Assembly: GCF_000737315.1 (NCBI RefSeq)
Contig: NZ_JMCB01000007.1
Span: 248,001-312,000 of the forward strand
Reading direction: 5' to 3'
Length of the DNA stretch: 64,000 bases
Origin: Hyalangium minutum
GTDB taxonomy: Bacteria; Myxococcota; Myxococcia; Myxococcales; Myxococcaceae
Below, piece by piece: positions 55,953 through 64,000 of this stretch. Both the position numbers and the translations under genes were made by a program. The first letter of the stretch is position 1; each line of letters starts with the position of its first letter. The notes under the pieces are model-generated. The model had not been told where the DNA came from and searched no databases. It worked only from the letters and a program-made list of their open reading frames with translations.

Positions 55953-57169
55953 GCCGCCCCCGCGCTGGCCGCTCGGGCCGCGGTCTTCCGCGGCGCGAAG
56001 AAGAGCAGGGAGCCCTTCTGCTTCATCATCCCAGCGGCCAGCTCCGCCTCGGGGCCTCGGCCCCAGAAGACGTCCACCCGCCCGGCGCCCTTGATGGCGC
56101 CGCCAGTGTCCTGGTTCATCACGAACCGGGTCAGCGGCTTCCACCCCACCGTGCCGTCCGGACGCGGCTCCGGGCGCTCGGTGGAGAGGAACGCCAGCGC
56201 TCCCTTGGGGAACATCCGCGCGTCCGTGGCAATGGAGCGCCCCGGCGTCACGGGTCTCCCCAGTGAGCCCACCGCCGCGGTGTTCAGGAAGCGGAAGAAG
56301 ACATAGGACTCATTGTAGTCGAGCACCCGGTCACACTGAGGTGGGTTCTCCGCCAGCCACGCGCGCAGGGCCTGCATGGACATGGCCTCTTTCGCGATGG
56401 CGCCCTCCTGGATGAGCAGCGAGCCAATGCTCCGGTACGGCCGCCCGTTGGAGCTGGCATAGCCGATGCGCCGCTCGCTCCCGTCCGGCAGCCGCAGCGT
56501 GCCGCTGCCCTGCACCTCCACGAAGAACAGCGCCACCGGGTCCTTCGCCCACGCCAGCTCCAGCCCCTGGCTGTTCAGCTTCCCCTGCCGGATCTCCGAG
56601 CGCGTCCAGTAGGGCAGCAGCTTCCGTCCCTCAAGCCGTCCGAAGACGCGCTCCGCCTTGAAGCGCTCCGCGAACTGCTCGAGCGGCACCTCGATCAGAT
56701 CCTTCGGCGCTCCGTGGATGGGCGTGGCGTACTCGGCGGTGCGGGTGAGGCTCGCCTCGATGATGGGCTCGTAGTAGCCCGTGAAGAGCACCTGGCCGTC
56801 CTCGCCGCCGGTGGACTCCAGCGGCTCGAACTCCTCGAGCACCCGCGTGGTGAGCTCCTCGTGGGACATCCCCTCCGTGATGCGTGAGTGCAGCCGCTCC
56901 AGCGCGTCCCGCAGCTCCGAGGCCAACACCACGCGGGGACCGAACACGAAGCGCTCGTCCGCCGCCCGCGTTCTCAGCCACACGAGGCTCTCCGCGATGG
57001 CGGTCCGCAGCGCCGCGGGCTCTCCATCGTCGTGCAGCTCCAGCGGCCGGGTGGGCTCGCGCAGGGCCTCCTCCGCCCGTGTCGCGACGGGAGGCTTGGT
57101 GGCACGGGGGCAGCCGGTCACGAGGACACAGGCCGCCAGCAGCAGAAGTCGAAGGTGCCGCATGTACAT
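55946..57169 (-). CDS. mltA: Murein transglycosylase A (lipoprotein)
   Basis: FTGYYEP, FFVEVQGSG, N.RPYRSIG, NESYVFF, SIATD, QDTGGAIKG..RVD.FWG.G. Confidence 0.95.
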   Translation of the reverse strand: MYMRHLRLLLLAACVLVTGCPRATKPPVATRAEEALREPTRPLELHDDGEPAALRTAIAESLVWLRTRAADERFVFGPRVVLASELRDALERLHSRITEGMSHEELTTRVLEEFEPLESTGGEDGQVLFTGYYEPIIEASLTRTAEYATPIHGAPKDLIEVPLEQFAERFKAERVFGRLEGRKLLPYWTRSEIRQGKLNSQGLELAWAKDPVALFFVEVQGSGTLRLPDGSERRIGYASSNGRPYRSIGSLLIQEGAIAKEAMSMQALRAWLAENPPQCDRVLDYNESYVFFRFLNTAAVGSLGRPVTPGRSIATDARMFPKGALAFLSTERPEPRPDGTVGWKPLTRFVMNQDTGGAIKGAGRVDVFWGRGPEAELAAGMMKQKGSLLFFAPRKTAARAASAGAAQ

Positions 57170-57188
57170 GTTCAGGGGTCAGCGCTCG

Positions 57189-58694
57189 CTAGGGAAACAT
57201 CGCCTTCACCCGCTCGAGCAGCGAGGCGAAGCGCTCGGCGTTGAGGCCGCCCACGCCCACGCCCAGGACGAACGTCACCAGGATGAGGAGCAGCGTGCCC
57301 AGCGGAGAGCGCTCACCGCGTTGGTGCTGGGCCTGCGCCTGGGCCTGGGGACTGCCGGCAGGGCCTACAGTCTCCTCATCTGGGACGAGCAGTAGGATCT
57401 TGATGCCGCCGTAGAAGAGGGTCTCCACCAGCTCGTTGAGGAACCGGTCGTACTCCTCCTCGTTGATGTCGAGCTCGGCGTTGTAGCGGGCCTTGTGCCG
57501 CTTGGAGACCGAGGCGTAGTTGCGGAGCTGGGACTCCTTCTTGGAGACGTCCACCCAGCCGACCAGGACGGGCGGCGCGGACTCCAGCCGCGAGATGAGC
57601 GAGATGGGCTGCCGGGCATGGAGGCCGCCGGCGGTGCTGGGGCCATCCGGCTCGTCGATGCGCAGGCGGTAGGGTGCGGTGCCGTAGCTGCGGCGCGCGA
57701 ACGTCGACTTGACCAGGTCCGCCACCATGGCGGCCTTGTTGGAGAACGTGGTGCGGATGGCCTCGCCATCGGTGGTCGGCTCGGCGGGCAGTGGCGGCGC
57801 GGAGGGCGTCAGGTGCGGCGCGGTGACGATGGGCGTCAGCGCCGGCGGCGGAGGTGGCACGTAGTTGGGCTGCGTGACGATGGGGACCTTGGGCGCCTGC
57901 GCCAGGTAGTGCGGCTCGGTGTTGATGGGCACCAGCACCGGAGGCCCATGCGGCGGAGACACCAGGGCCTGTTGCTGGCCCGAGGCGATGGGCGGCAGGG
58001 GCTGGGCCCGCGTGGGCAGCCGGGACAGCGCATCATCCTCGGACTCCCAGGGCAGGGGCGAACTCTCCGGAGGCGCCGCCCGCGTCACCGTGGCCTGAGA
58101 GCCTGACTTGCGAGGAACGTCGCGTGTGGCATCCGGCCCTGCGTCCTGCAGCGCCGGCCGCATCCCCGACTTGCGAGGAATGTCGCGCGTGGCATCCGGC
58201 TCCGCGTCCTGCAGCGCCGGCCGCGTCCCCGTCTTGCGAGGCACCTGCCGGGTGGAGTCGTCCGGCTCCTGGAGCGCGGGCCGCGTCCCCGTCTTGCGAG
58301 GAATCTGCCGGGTGGAGTCGTCCGGCTCCTGCAGGGCGGGCCGAGCCCCGGTCTTCCGAGGAATCTGCCGTGTGGAGTCGTCCACATTCTGCAGGGCAGG
58401 GCGGCTCCCCGTCTGCTTCACGGGAATCGGGCGGGTGGGCTCGTGCGGCTCCTGGGTGTCCGGGTCCGGGTAGGTGCCGAGAGGAATCTTCCGGGGGACA
58501 GGAGGTGTCGCGTCGTCCACGCCCTGGCCGATGGGCACGGGCCCGGTGAGGGGGAGCAGCTGGGTCGAGTCCCGCTGCGGATCCCATGACGGCTCGTCTG
58601 GAGGCGACTCCGCCTCCTCCTCCTCGGGAGGTTTGACGCGCGTCTCCTCCGTGGACAGCACCGGGGGGAGTGAGCCCCTTTGCTTGTTCGCCAT
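57189..58694 (-). CDS. Hypothetical membrane protein with Pro-rich and ~20-aa tandem repeats
   Basis: DDSTRQIPRKTG.RPALQ repeats; C-terminal TM. Confidence 0.75.
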   Translation of the reverse strand: MANKQRGSLPPVLSTEETRVKPPEEEEAESPPDEPSWDPQRDSTQLLPLTGPVPIGQGVDDATPPVPRKIPLGTYPDPDTQEPHEPTRPIPVKQTGSRPALQNVDDSTRQIPRKTGARPALQEPDDSTRQIPRKTGTRPALQEPDDSTRQVPRKTGTRPALQDAEPDATRDIPRKSGMRPALQDAGPDATRDVPRKSGSQATVTRAAPPESSPLPWESEDDALSRLPTRAQPLPPIASGQQQALVSPPHGPPVLVPINTEPHYLAQAPKVPIVTQPNYVPPPPPALTPIVTAPHLTPSAPPLPAEPTTDGEAIRTTFSNKAAMVADLVKSTFARRSYGTAPYRLRIDEPDGPSTAGGLHARQPISLISRLESAPPVLVGWVDVSKKESQLRNYASVSKRHKARYNAELDINEEEYDRFLNELVETLFYGGIKILLLVPDEETVGPAGSPQAQAQAQHQRGERSPLGTLLLILVTFVLGVGVGGLNAERFASLLERVKAMFP

Positions 58695-58806
58695 GGAAAG
58701 TCCCTTCCCCATCGTGCAACGGACCCAGGCGGGGGTCCAGTGGCCACGGGACAAACGCAGGTTCTACCCTGGGTTGAAGGCCGTGGCGCGAATCTGGCAC
58801 TGAACG

Positions 58807-58832
58807 GTCAGGCGCGCCCGAGACCTCCCGTC
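58807..58832 (+). promoter_or_regulatory. Candidate degenerate ECF promoter upstream of rtcB
   Basis: GTCAGGcg-N14-CGTC, 124 nt before rtcB ATG. Confidence 0.45.
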
Positions 58833-58955
58833 CAGGGCCCCCCGAAGGATGGCCTCGCGCCGTCCTGCGACCGCGGCTGCTGACCCGAGGTCCCCCTCCC
58901 TTCGTTCACGTCCCCCCGTTCCCTTTCGGGCACGGGGCCACTTCCGAGTAGGGTC

Positions 58956-60380
58956 ATGCAGCCGAACTTGAATCGGCTCCTCCGGGCGCTCGCCCGCGAG
59001 GGGCTCGAGGTGACCTATGACGGTCGCCTCTATACGGTCCGCCTCCAGGGTGATGCGAATGCGCCGCCCGCCGAGGTTCTCCTCCCGCCGGACCTGCCCG
59101 TGGAGGGCAAGGCCTTCCGGCAGCTCGCCCACCTGGCCGCCCTGAAGCACCCGCGCGGCGGCGAAGTCCTGCGCGTGCGCGCCACCCCTGACTTCCACCC
59201 GGGAGACTCCGGCGTGGCCATCGGCTCGGTGCTGCACACGCGCGGCTTGGTCGTGCCCGCTGCGGTGGGCACGGACATCAACTGCGGCATGCGCCTGCAC
59301 GTAGCGGATCTGAGCGTGGAGGACTTCCTCTCCCGCCGGGACGCCTTCGTGGAGCGCATGAAGGGTCACTACTTCTTCGGCACGCGGGACGTGGCCATGT
59401 CCTCGCACGCCGCCGAGGCGCTGCTGCGCGACGGTATCCCCGGCTGGCTCCTGGAGACGATGGAGCACCCGCTGGGCTGCGCCGTGAAGGCGGACCTGGG
59501 GCAGCTGGATCGCGAGTCCACGCGCATCCACCTGGGAGGCTCGCTGGAGGGCGATCCGGCGTGGGCGCCCTCGGGGCTGGTGAAGCCGGGGGTGGTGCGG
59601 GATGCGGGGCTGGCGACCATCGGTGGAGGCAACCACTTCGTCGAGGTGCAGCGCGTGGAGGCGGTGACAGACCGGGCGCGGGCCTGGGAGTGGGGCGTGC
59701 GCGAGGGCCAGCTGGCGTTCATGATCCATTCGGGCTCGCGCGACGTGGGCAAGCACGTGGGCATGGCGTGGCTGGATCGGGCCCGCGAGGCGTGGCCGCA
59801 GGGCGCCTCTTTCCCCGAGAGCGGCATCCTCCCGCTGGCGGATCCGGAGCTCGTGGCGGAGTACCTCCGGGCCGAGGCCACTGCGGCGAACTACGCCTTC
59901 CTGAACCGGCTGCTGCTGGCGGAGCTGCTGCGGCACACGCTGCGCGAGCTGTTCGGGGACGTGGAGGCGCCGCTGGTCTACGACGTGCCTCATAACATCA
60001 CCTTGCCGTGGGAGGGCGGCTGGCTGGCGCGCAAAGGGGCCTGCCCGGCCGAGGCGGGCCAGCCAGTCATCATCCCCGGCTCGATGGGAGCGGCGTCCTA
60101 CCTGATGGTGGGCTGCGGAGACGCGGCGGCGCTGGCCTCGGCCTCGCACGGGGCAGGGCGGGCGCGGTCGCGCTTCTCCATGGCGCGGGGCGGGGCGGAT
60201 CACCGCGAAGCGGCGCTGGGGCTCACCGGAGTGGACTGCATCACCCTGCGCCAGGAGCGCCGCATCGAGGAGGCTCCCGCCGCGTACAAGCCGATTGGCC
60301 CGGTGGTGGCCGCGCAGGTGGAGGCCGGCATCGTCCGCGAGGTGGCGCGGCTGGCTCCGCTGCTGACGTTCAAGGCCTGA
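58956..60380 (+). CDS. rtcB: RtcB family RNA ligase
   Basis: TPDFHPG, VGTDINCGM, GGGNHF, HSGSR, HN, SHGAGR, EEAP.AYK. Confidence 0.9.
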   Translation: MQPNLNRLLRALAREGLEVTYDGRLYTVRLQGDANAPPAEVLLPPDLPVEGKAFRQLAHLAALKHPRGGEVLRVRATPDFHPGDSGVAIGSVLHTRGLVVPAAVGTDINCGMRLHVADLSVEDFLSRRDAFVERMKGHYFFGTRDVAMSSHAAEALLRDGIPGWLLETMEHPLGCAVKADLGQLDRESTRIHLGGSLEGDPAWAPSGLVKPGVVRDAGLATIGGGNHFVEVQRVEAVTDRARAWEWGVREGQLAFMIHSGSRDVGKHVGMAWLDRAREAWPQGASFPESGILPLADPELVAEYLRAEATAANYAFLNRLLLAELLRHTLRELFGDVEAPLVYDVPHNITLPWEGGWLARKGACPAEAGQPVIIPGSMGAASYLMVGCGDAAALASASHGAGRARSRFSMARGGADHREAALGLTGVDCITLRQERRIEEAPAAYKPIGPVVAAQVEAGIVREVARLAPLLTFKA

Positions 60381-60487
60381 GGCCGTTTATTCCTTGGCGT
60401 CAGGAGCGGGTGCTGTATGGAATGAACCCCAAGAGGTCGCCGGACCGTCGGCGGCCGCTTCGACACGGAGTCGAAGGGAGGGGAATC

Positions 60488-60934
60488 ATGGAGAACGTCA
60501 ATATGCCGGGGGCCGCGGGGGGAGGGAACGCTCGGGAGCAGGTGAACGTGCCCGCCATTCTGCTGATGGTGGTGGGAGGCCTCACCATCCTGTCCGCGTT
60601 GTGGGGGCTGGTGCAGGCCGTCACCGGAAGCAACGCCTCGCAGATGGCCGAGGTCCTCAACAATCCGGACATTCCGGAGCAGTTCAAGTCCTATATTGGC
60701 ACCGCGAGCAAGATCGGGCCCTTCGGCAGCCTGTTCCAGCTCGTGCTGGGCGGCCTCACCGCCTTCGGCGGGCTGAAGATGAAGAACCTCGAGAGCTACC
60801 CGCTGGCGATCGCGGCCTCCATCATCGCCATCATCCCGTGCTTCGGCTCGTGCTGCTGCACGGGCATCCCGGTCGGCATCTGGGCGCTGATCGTCCTGAA
60901 CAAGCCCGAGGTGAAGTCCTCCTTCCGGCCGTAG
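60488..60934 (+). CDS. Small membrane protein (DUF4190-like)
   Basis: Multiple TM helices, IIPCFGSCCCTGIPVGIWAL.VL. Confidence 0.65.
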   Translation: MENVNMPGAAGGGNAREQVNVPAILLMVVGGLTILSALWGLVQAVTGSNASQMAEVLNNPDIPEQFKSYIGTASKIGPFGSLFQLVLGGLTAFGGLKMKNLESYPLAIAASIIAIIPCFGSCCCTGIPVGIWALIVLNKPEVKSSFRP

Positions 60935-60958
60935 CGCGGCACCTGGCCGTTCACCGGC

Positions 60959-61507
60959 TCAAGGCTCGGGGCGAGGCGCGCCAAAGGCCTCTCCCCGGCG
61001 CCCGGGCCGGAGCTCCGAGGCGGCGGGCCGAGGCTTGCGCATCCGCAAGCAGGCCAGATGCACTTCGGGGGTGAGGATGCGGTGGGCGCGGTGGAGCCGG
61101 ACGTAACCCCGCTCGTGGTAGAAGGTCTCTGCGTTGAGGCTGGCATCCAGGCTCATGGCGGACGCGCCCGCCTGCCACGCCAGGGTCTCCAGCGAGGCCA
61201 GCAGTGAGGAGCCCACGCCATGGCCGGCCTCCTCGGGGGCCACGTAGAGGGCCTCCAGCTCCCCGAGCAGCGGCTCCAACTGCCCGAAGCCCACCAGGGT
61301 CTGGCCGCGCTCGGCCAGCAGCACGGTGCGCGGCTGCTCCGGGCGCAGGTACCCGTCCGGGCGCAGCAACTCCACCCACGTCTTCACCTCGTGGGGAGAG
61401 TAGGCGCCCTGGCAGAGCGCCGCCACCGAGCGTGAGTGGAGCCGCCACAGGGCGCGGCGGTCCGCCTCGGTCGCCAGGCGCAGGCTGGGGCCGGGCCCTC
61501 GTCTCAC
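60959..61507 (-). CDS. GNAT N-acetyltransferase
   Basis: LYVAPE.AGHGVGS.LL, ASLNAETFY...GY. Confidence 0.85.
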   Translation of the reverse strand: MRRGPGPSLRLATEADRRALWRLHSRSVAALCQGAYSPHEVKTWVELLRPDGYLRPEQPRTVLLAERGQTLVGFGQLEPLLGELEALYVAPEEAGHGVGSSLLASLETLAWQAGASAMSLDASLNAETFYHERGYVRLHRAHRILTPEVHLACLRMRKPRPAASELRPGRRGEAFGAPRPEP

Positions 61508-61514
61508 CGGGCCC

Positions 61515-62744
61515 TCACGACACCTTCATGCCCTTGGGAATGACGACCACGCCGTCCGAGGTGACGTGGAAGCGCCGCTTGTCCTCCTCCAAGTCATGGC
61601 CAATGGTCATCCCCGGCGGAATCTCCACGTTCTTGTCGATGATGGCGCGGCGGATGCGGCACCGCCGCCCGATGGAGACGTTCTCGAAGAGGATGCTGTC
61701 CTGCACCTCCGAGTACGAGTGCACGCGCACCTTCGGAGACAGGATGGAGCGGTTCACCGAGCCGCCGGAGATGATGCAGCCCTCGGACACCAGCGAGTCC
61801 GTGGCGTTGCCCACGCGCTTGTTCTCCCGGTCCGCGAAGACGAACTTGGCCGGCGGCAGGTTGTGCGCCGCGGTGTAGATGGGCCACTTGTCGTTGTAGA
61901 GGTTGAAGATGGGGTCCACCTCGGCCAGGTCCATGTTGGACTGGAAGTAGACGTCGATGTTCCCCACGTCCCGCCAGTAGCCGCGCTCCTTCTCCTCCTG
62001 GCCCGCCACCCGGTTCTGCGCGAAGTCGTACACGTAGACAGGCGCCTTCTTGTACAGCTCGCTGATGATGGACTTGCCGAAGTCGTGCACGCTGCCCTCG
62101 TCGGCGGCGTCCCGCACCACCTCCTGCACCAGCACGTCCGTGGAGAACAGGTAGTTGCCCATGGAGGCCAGGCACATCTTCGGGTTGCCCGGCATGGGCG
62201 GCGGGTTCTTGGGCTTCTCCAGGAACTGGAGCATGCGCCCATCCGGCCCCACGTCGATGATGCCGAAGTCCTTGCCCTGCTCGATGGGCACGGGAATGGC
62301 GGCCACGGTGCAGGCCGCCTTCTTGGCCTGGTGGAAGTCCAGCATCTGCCGCACGTCCATGCGGTACACATGGTCCGCGCCGAAGACGAAGATGAAGTCC
62401 GGCTCCTCGTCGGTGATGATGTTGAGGTTCTGGTAGATGGCGTCCGCGCTGCCCTTGTACCAGTCCATGCCGGTGCGCATTTGCGCGGGCACAGACTCCA
62501 CGTAGTGGCCCAGGAACGCCGTCATCCGCCACGCGCGCGACAGGTGGTTGTTGAGCGAGTCGCTCTTGTACTGCGTGAGCACCTTCATCCGGTACACGCC
62601 GGAGTTGACGAAGTTGGAGAGAACGAAGTCGATGATGCGGTACCGCCCGCCGAAGGGAACGGCGGGCTTGGCGCGCTCACGGGTGAGCGGCTCGAGCCGG
62701 GTGCCTGCACCACCTGCCAGAATCATCGCCAGCAGCTTTGCCAT
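61515..62744 (-). CDS. glgC: Glucose-1-phosphate adenylyltransferase
   Basis: [47 protein letters not shown]. Confidence 0.97.
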   Translation of the reverse strand: MAKLLAMILAGGAGTRLEPLTRERAKPAVPFGGRYRIIDFVLSNFVNSGVYRMKVLTQYKSDSLNNHLSRAWRMTAFLGHYVESVPAQMRTGMDWYKGSADAIYQNLNIITDEEPDFIFVFGADHVYRMDVRQMLDFHQAKKAACTVAAIPVPIEQGKDFGIIDVGPDGRMLQFLEKPKNPPPMPGNPKMCLASMGNYLFSTDVLVQEVVRDAADEGSVHDFGKSIISELYKKAPVYVYDFAQNRVAGQEEKERGYWRDVGNIDVYFQSNMDLAEVDPIFNLYNDKWPIYTAAHNLPPAKFVFADRENKRVGNATDSLVSEGCIISGGSVNRSILSPKVRVHSYSEVQDSILFENVSIGRRCRIRRAIIDKNVEIPPGMTIGHDLEEDKRRFHVTSDGVVVIPKGMKVS

Positions 62745-62973
62745 AGTGGCGCGGGACCTTAATCGTGCTCTTGGGGCCGACAAGGCCGCCCGCGCCGCTC
62801 CGAGCGCGTTCGTTGAGTGCCGAACCGCCCCGTCGTCCCTGTGTGGCCAGTGGGGAACGCCCGTCTCCGACCTGGGTGCTACCGGGAGGGCCAAAAGGAG
62901 GGGGTAGGGACGTCCCACACCTGGCCCTCCTACATGGCATTTCCCGGGTGAAGCGTGCTATTCCTACTTTGCA

Positions 62974-63855
62974 ATGGCAGCCGACGAAACTCGGGTCACT
63001 AAAATCTCTTCGGTCAATGTACGGAACGCGGCCAACAGGGATTGCTGCCTCGTCCAGATTCACGGGCCGGAGCTGGGGAAGAAGTACGTGCTCGAGGACA
63101 TCGAGTACACCATCGGCCGGGACGAGGCCTGCAACATCCAAGTGGAACTGGACAACGTGTCCCGCCGCCACGCCCGCGTGAGCACCAAGCAGGGCCGCAT
63201 GTTCGTGGAGGACTTGGGCTCCACCAACGGCACCTACCTGAATGATCAGGAGGTGCTCAGCCCGCAGCCGCTGCGCAGCGGAGACCTGGTGAAGGTGGGG
63301 GGCTCCATCTTCAAGTTCCTCGATGGCGACAACATCGAGACGCAGTACCACGAGACCATCTACACGCTGACGATCGCGGACGGTCTCACCGGGGTGAACA
63401 ACAAGCGCTACTTCCTGGAGTACCTGGAGCGGGAGATGGGGCGCTCGCACCGGTACCACCGGCCGTTGACGCTGATGATGTTCGACATCGACCACTTCAA
63501 GAAGATCAACGACGTGCACGGTCACCTTGCGGGTGACTACGTGCTGCGCGAGCTGGCGCAGTCCATCAAGCGGCTGGTGCGGCGCGAGCAGTGCTTCGCG
63601 CGCTACGGCGGCGAGGAGTTCGCGCTGGTGATGCCCGAGGACGGGCCGGACAAGGCGAAGCTGTTCGCGGAGAAGATCCGGAAGATGATCGAGGAGAAGA
63701 CCTTCGTCTTCGAGGACAAGGAGATCCCGGTCACCATCTCGATTGGCGTGGCGGAGATGGCCTCGGACATGACGGAGCCCACCCAGTTCATCAAGGTGGC
63801 GGACGCGAACCTGTACCGGGCGAAGAAGGCAGGCCGGAACCGGGTGATCCCGTAA
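62974..63855 (+). CDS. FHA-domain diguanylate cyclase
   Basis: IGR...VSR.HA...DLGSTNGT (FHA); DIDHFK.IND.HGH..GD, RYGGEEF. Confidence 0.95.
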   Translation: MAADETRVTKISSVNVRNAANRDCCLVQIHGPELGKKYVLEDIEYTIGRDEACNIQVELDNVSRRHARVSTKQGRMFVEDLGSTNGTYLNDQEVLSPQPLRSGDLVKVGGSIFKFLDGDNIETQYHETIYTLTIADGLTGVNNKRYFLEYLEREMGRSHRYHRPLTLMMFDIDHFKKINDVHGHLAGDYVLRELAQSIKRLVRREQCFARYGGEEFALVMPEDGPDKAKLFAEKIRKMIEEKTFVFEDKEIPVTISIGVAEMASDMTEPTQFIKVADANLYRAKKAGRNRVIP

Positions 63856-63858
63856 GGC

Positions 63859-64000
63859 ATGGCCCAGCACTCTCCCTCTCGGCTGGCGCGGTTTCTGTTC
63901 ATCGTCCTGGGGCTGCTATTGCTGGGCGCGGCGTGGGTCTGGCCGCTGCTGCCCCGGCGCGAGGGCGCTCGGGTGGACGCGGGCAACGGGCTGGTGGGCG
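63859..64000 (+). CDS. 5' part of a gene running off the window
   Basis: MAQHSPSRLARFLFIVLGLLLLG.. signal/TM start. Confidence 0.5.
   Translation, partial: MAQHSPSRLARFLFIVLGLLLLGAAWVWPLLPRREGARVDAGNGLVG

Noticed and set aside
58956-60380. Canonical sigma54 rtcR-rtcBA operon
   Set aside because: No rtcA, rtcR or clear TGGCAC-N-TTGC promoter found near rtcB

Overview
High-GC myxobacterial (Cystobacterineae-like) chromosomal window. Most of it is ordinary: lolA, rimO, yajQ, rnj, uvrD/pcrA, add, mltA, glgC, a GGDEF protein, surface repeat proteins, ECF sigma/anti-sigma pairs and a toxin-immunity pair. The standout is the ~10.1-21.9 kb region, which looks like one translation-stress / RNA-repair regulon. 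(i) A 27-gene minus-strand tRNA array covers 19 amino acids and lacks His. 26 of the 27 anticodons have C34 or G34, including a rare Arg-GCG. The array has an embedded HNH gene, an rrn-like boxA and a 50-codon leader ORF whose ribosome-binding site can be sequestered. (ii) There is a small possibly ubiquitin-like protein gene. (iii) An operon reads Y-RNA-like / metallophosphoesterase / YrlA-like circularly permuted tRNA mimic / divergent Ro60(TROVE)-vWA protein. (iv) A divergent ECF sigma factor is paired with a soluble double-zinc-finger anti-sigma candidate. The bipartite motif GTCAGGAA-N13/14-CGTC lies upstream of all four units, and a one-half-degenerate copy lies upstream of a distant rtcB. 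Just downstream of the array is a Clp/Hsp100 AAA+ protein fused to a release-factor-2-like region lacking GGQ and SPF. Also present are a 5.5-kb island bounded by a 128-bp duplication of the add 3' end and a candidate ABC-ATPase/TOPRIM-like + Sir2 defence cassette. All calls were made by eye, with no database searches, folding or tRNA scans; start codons are best estimates.
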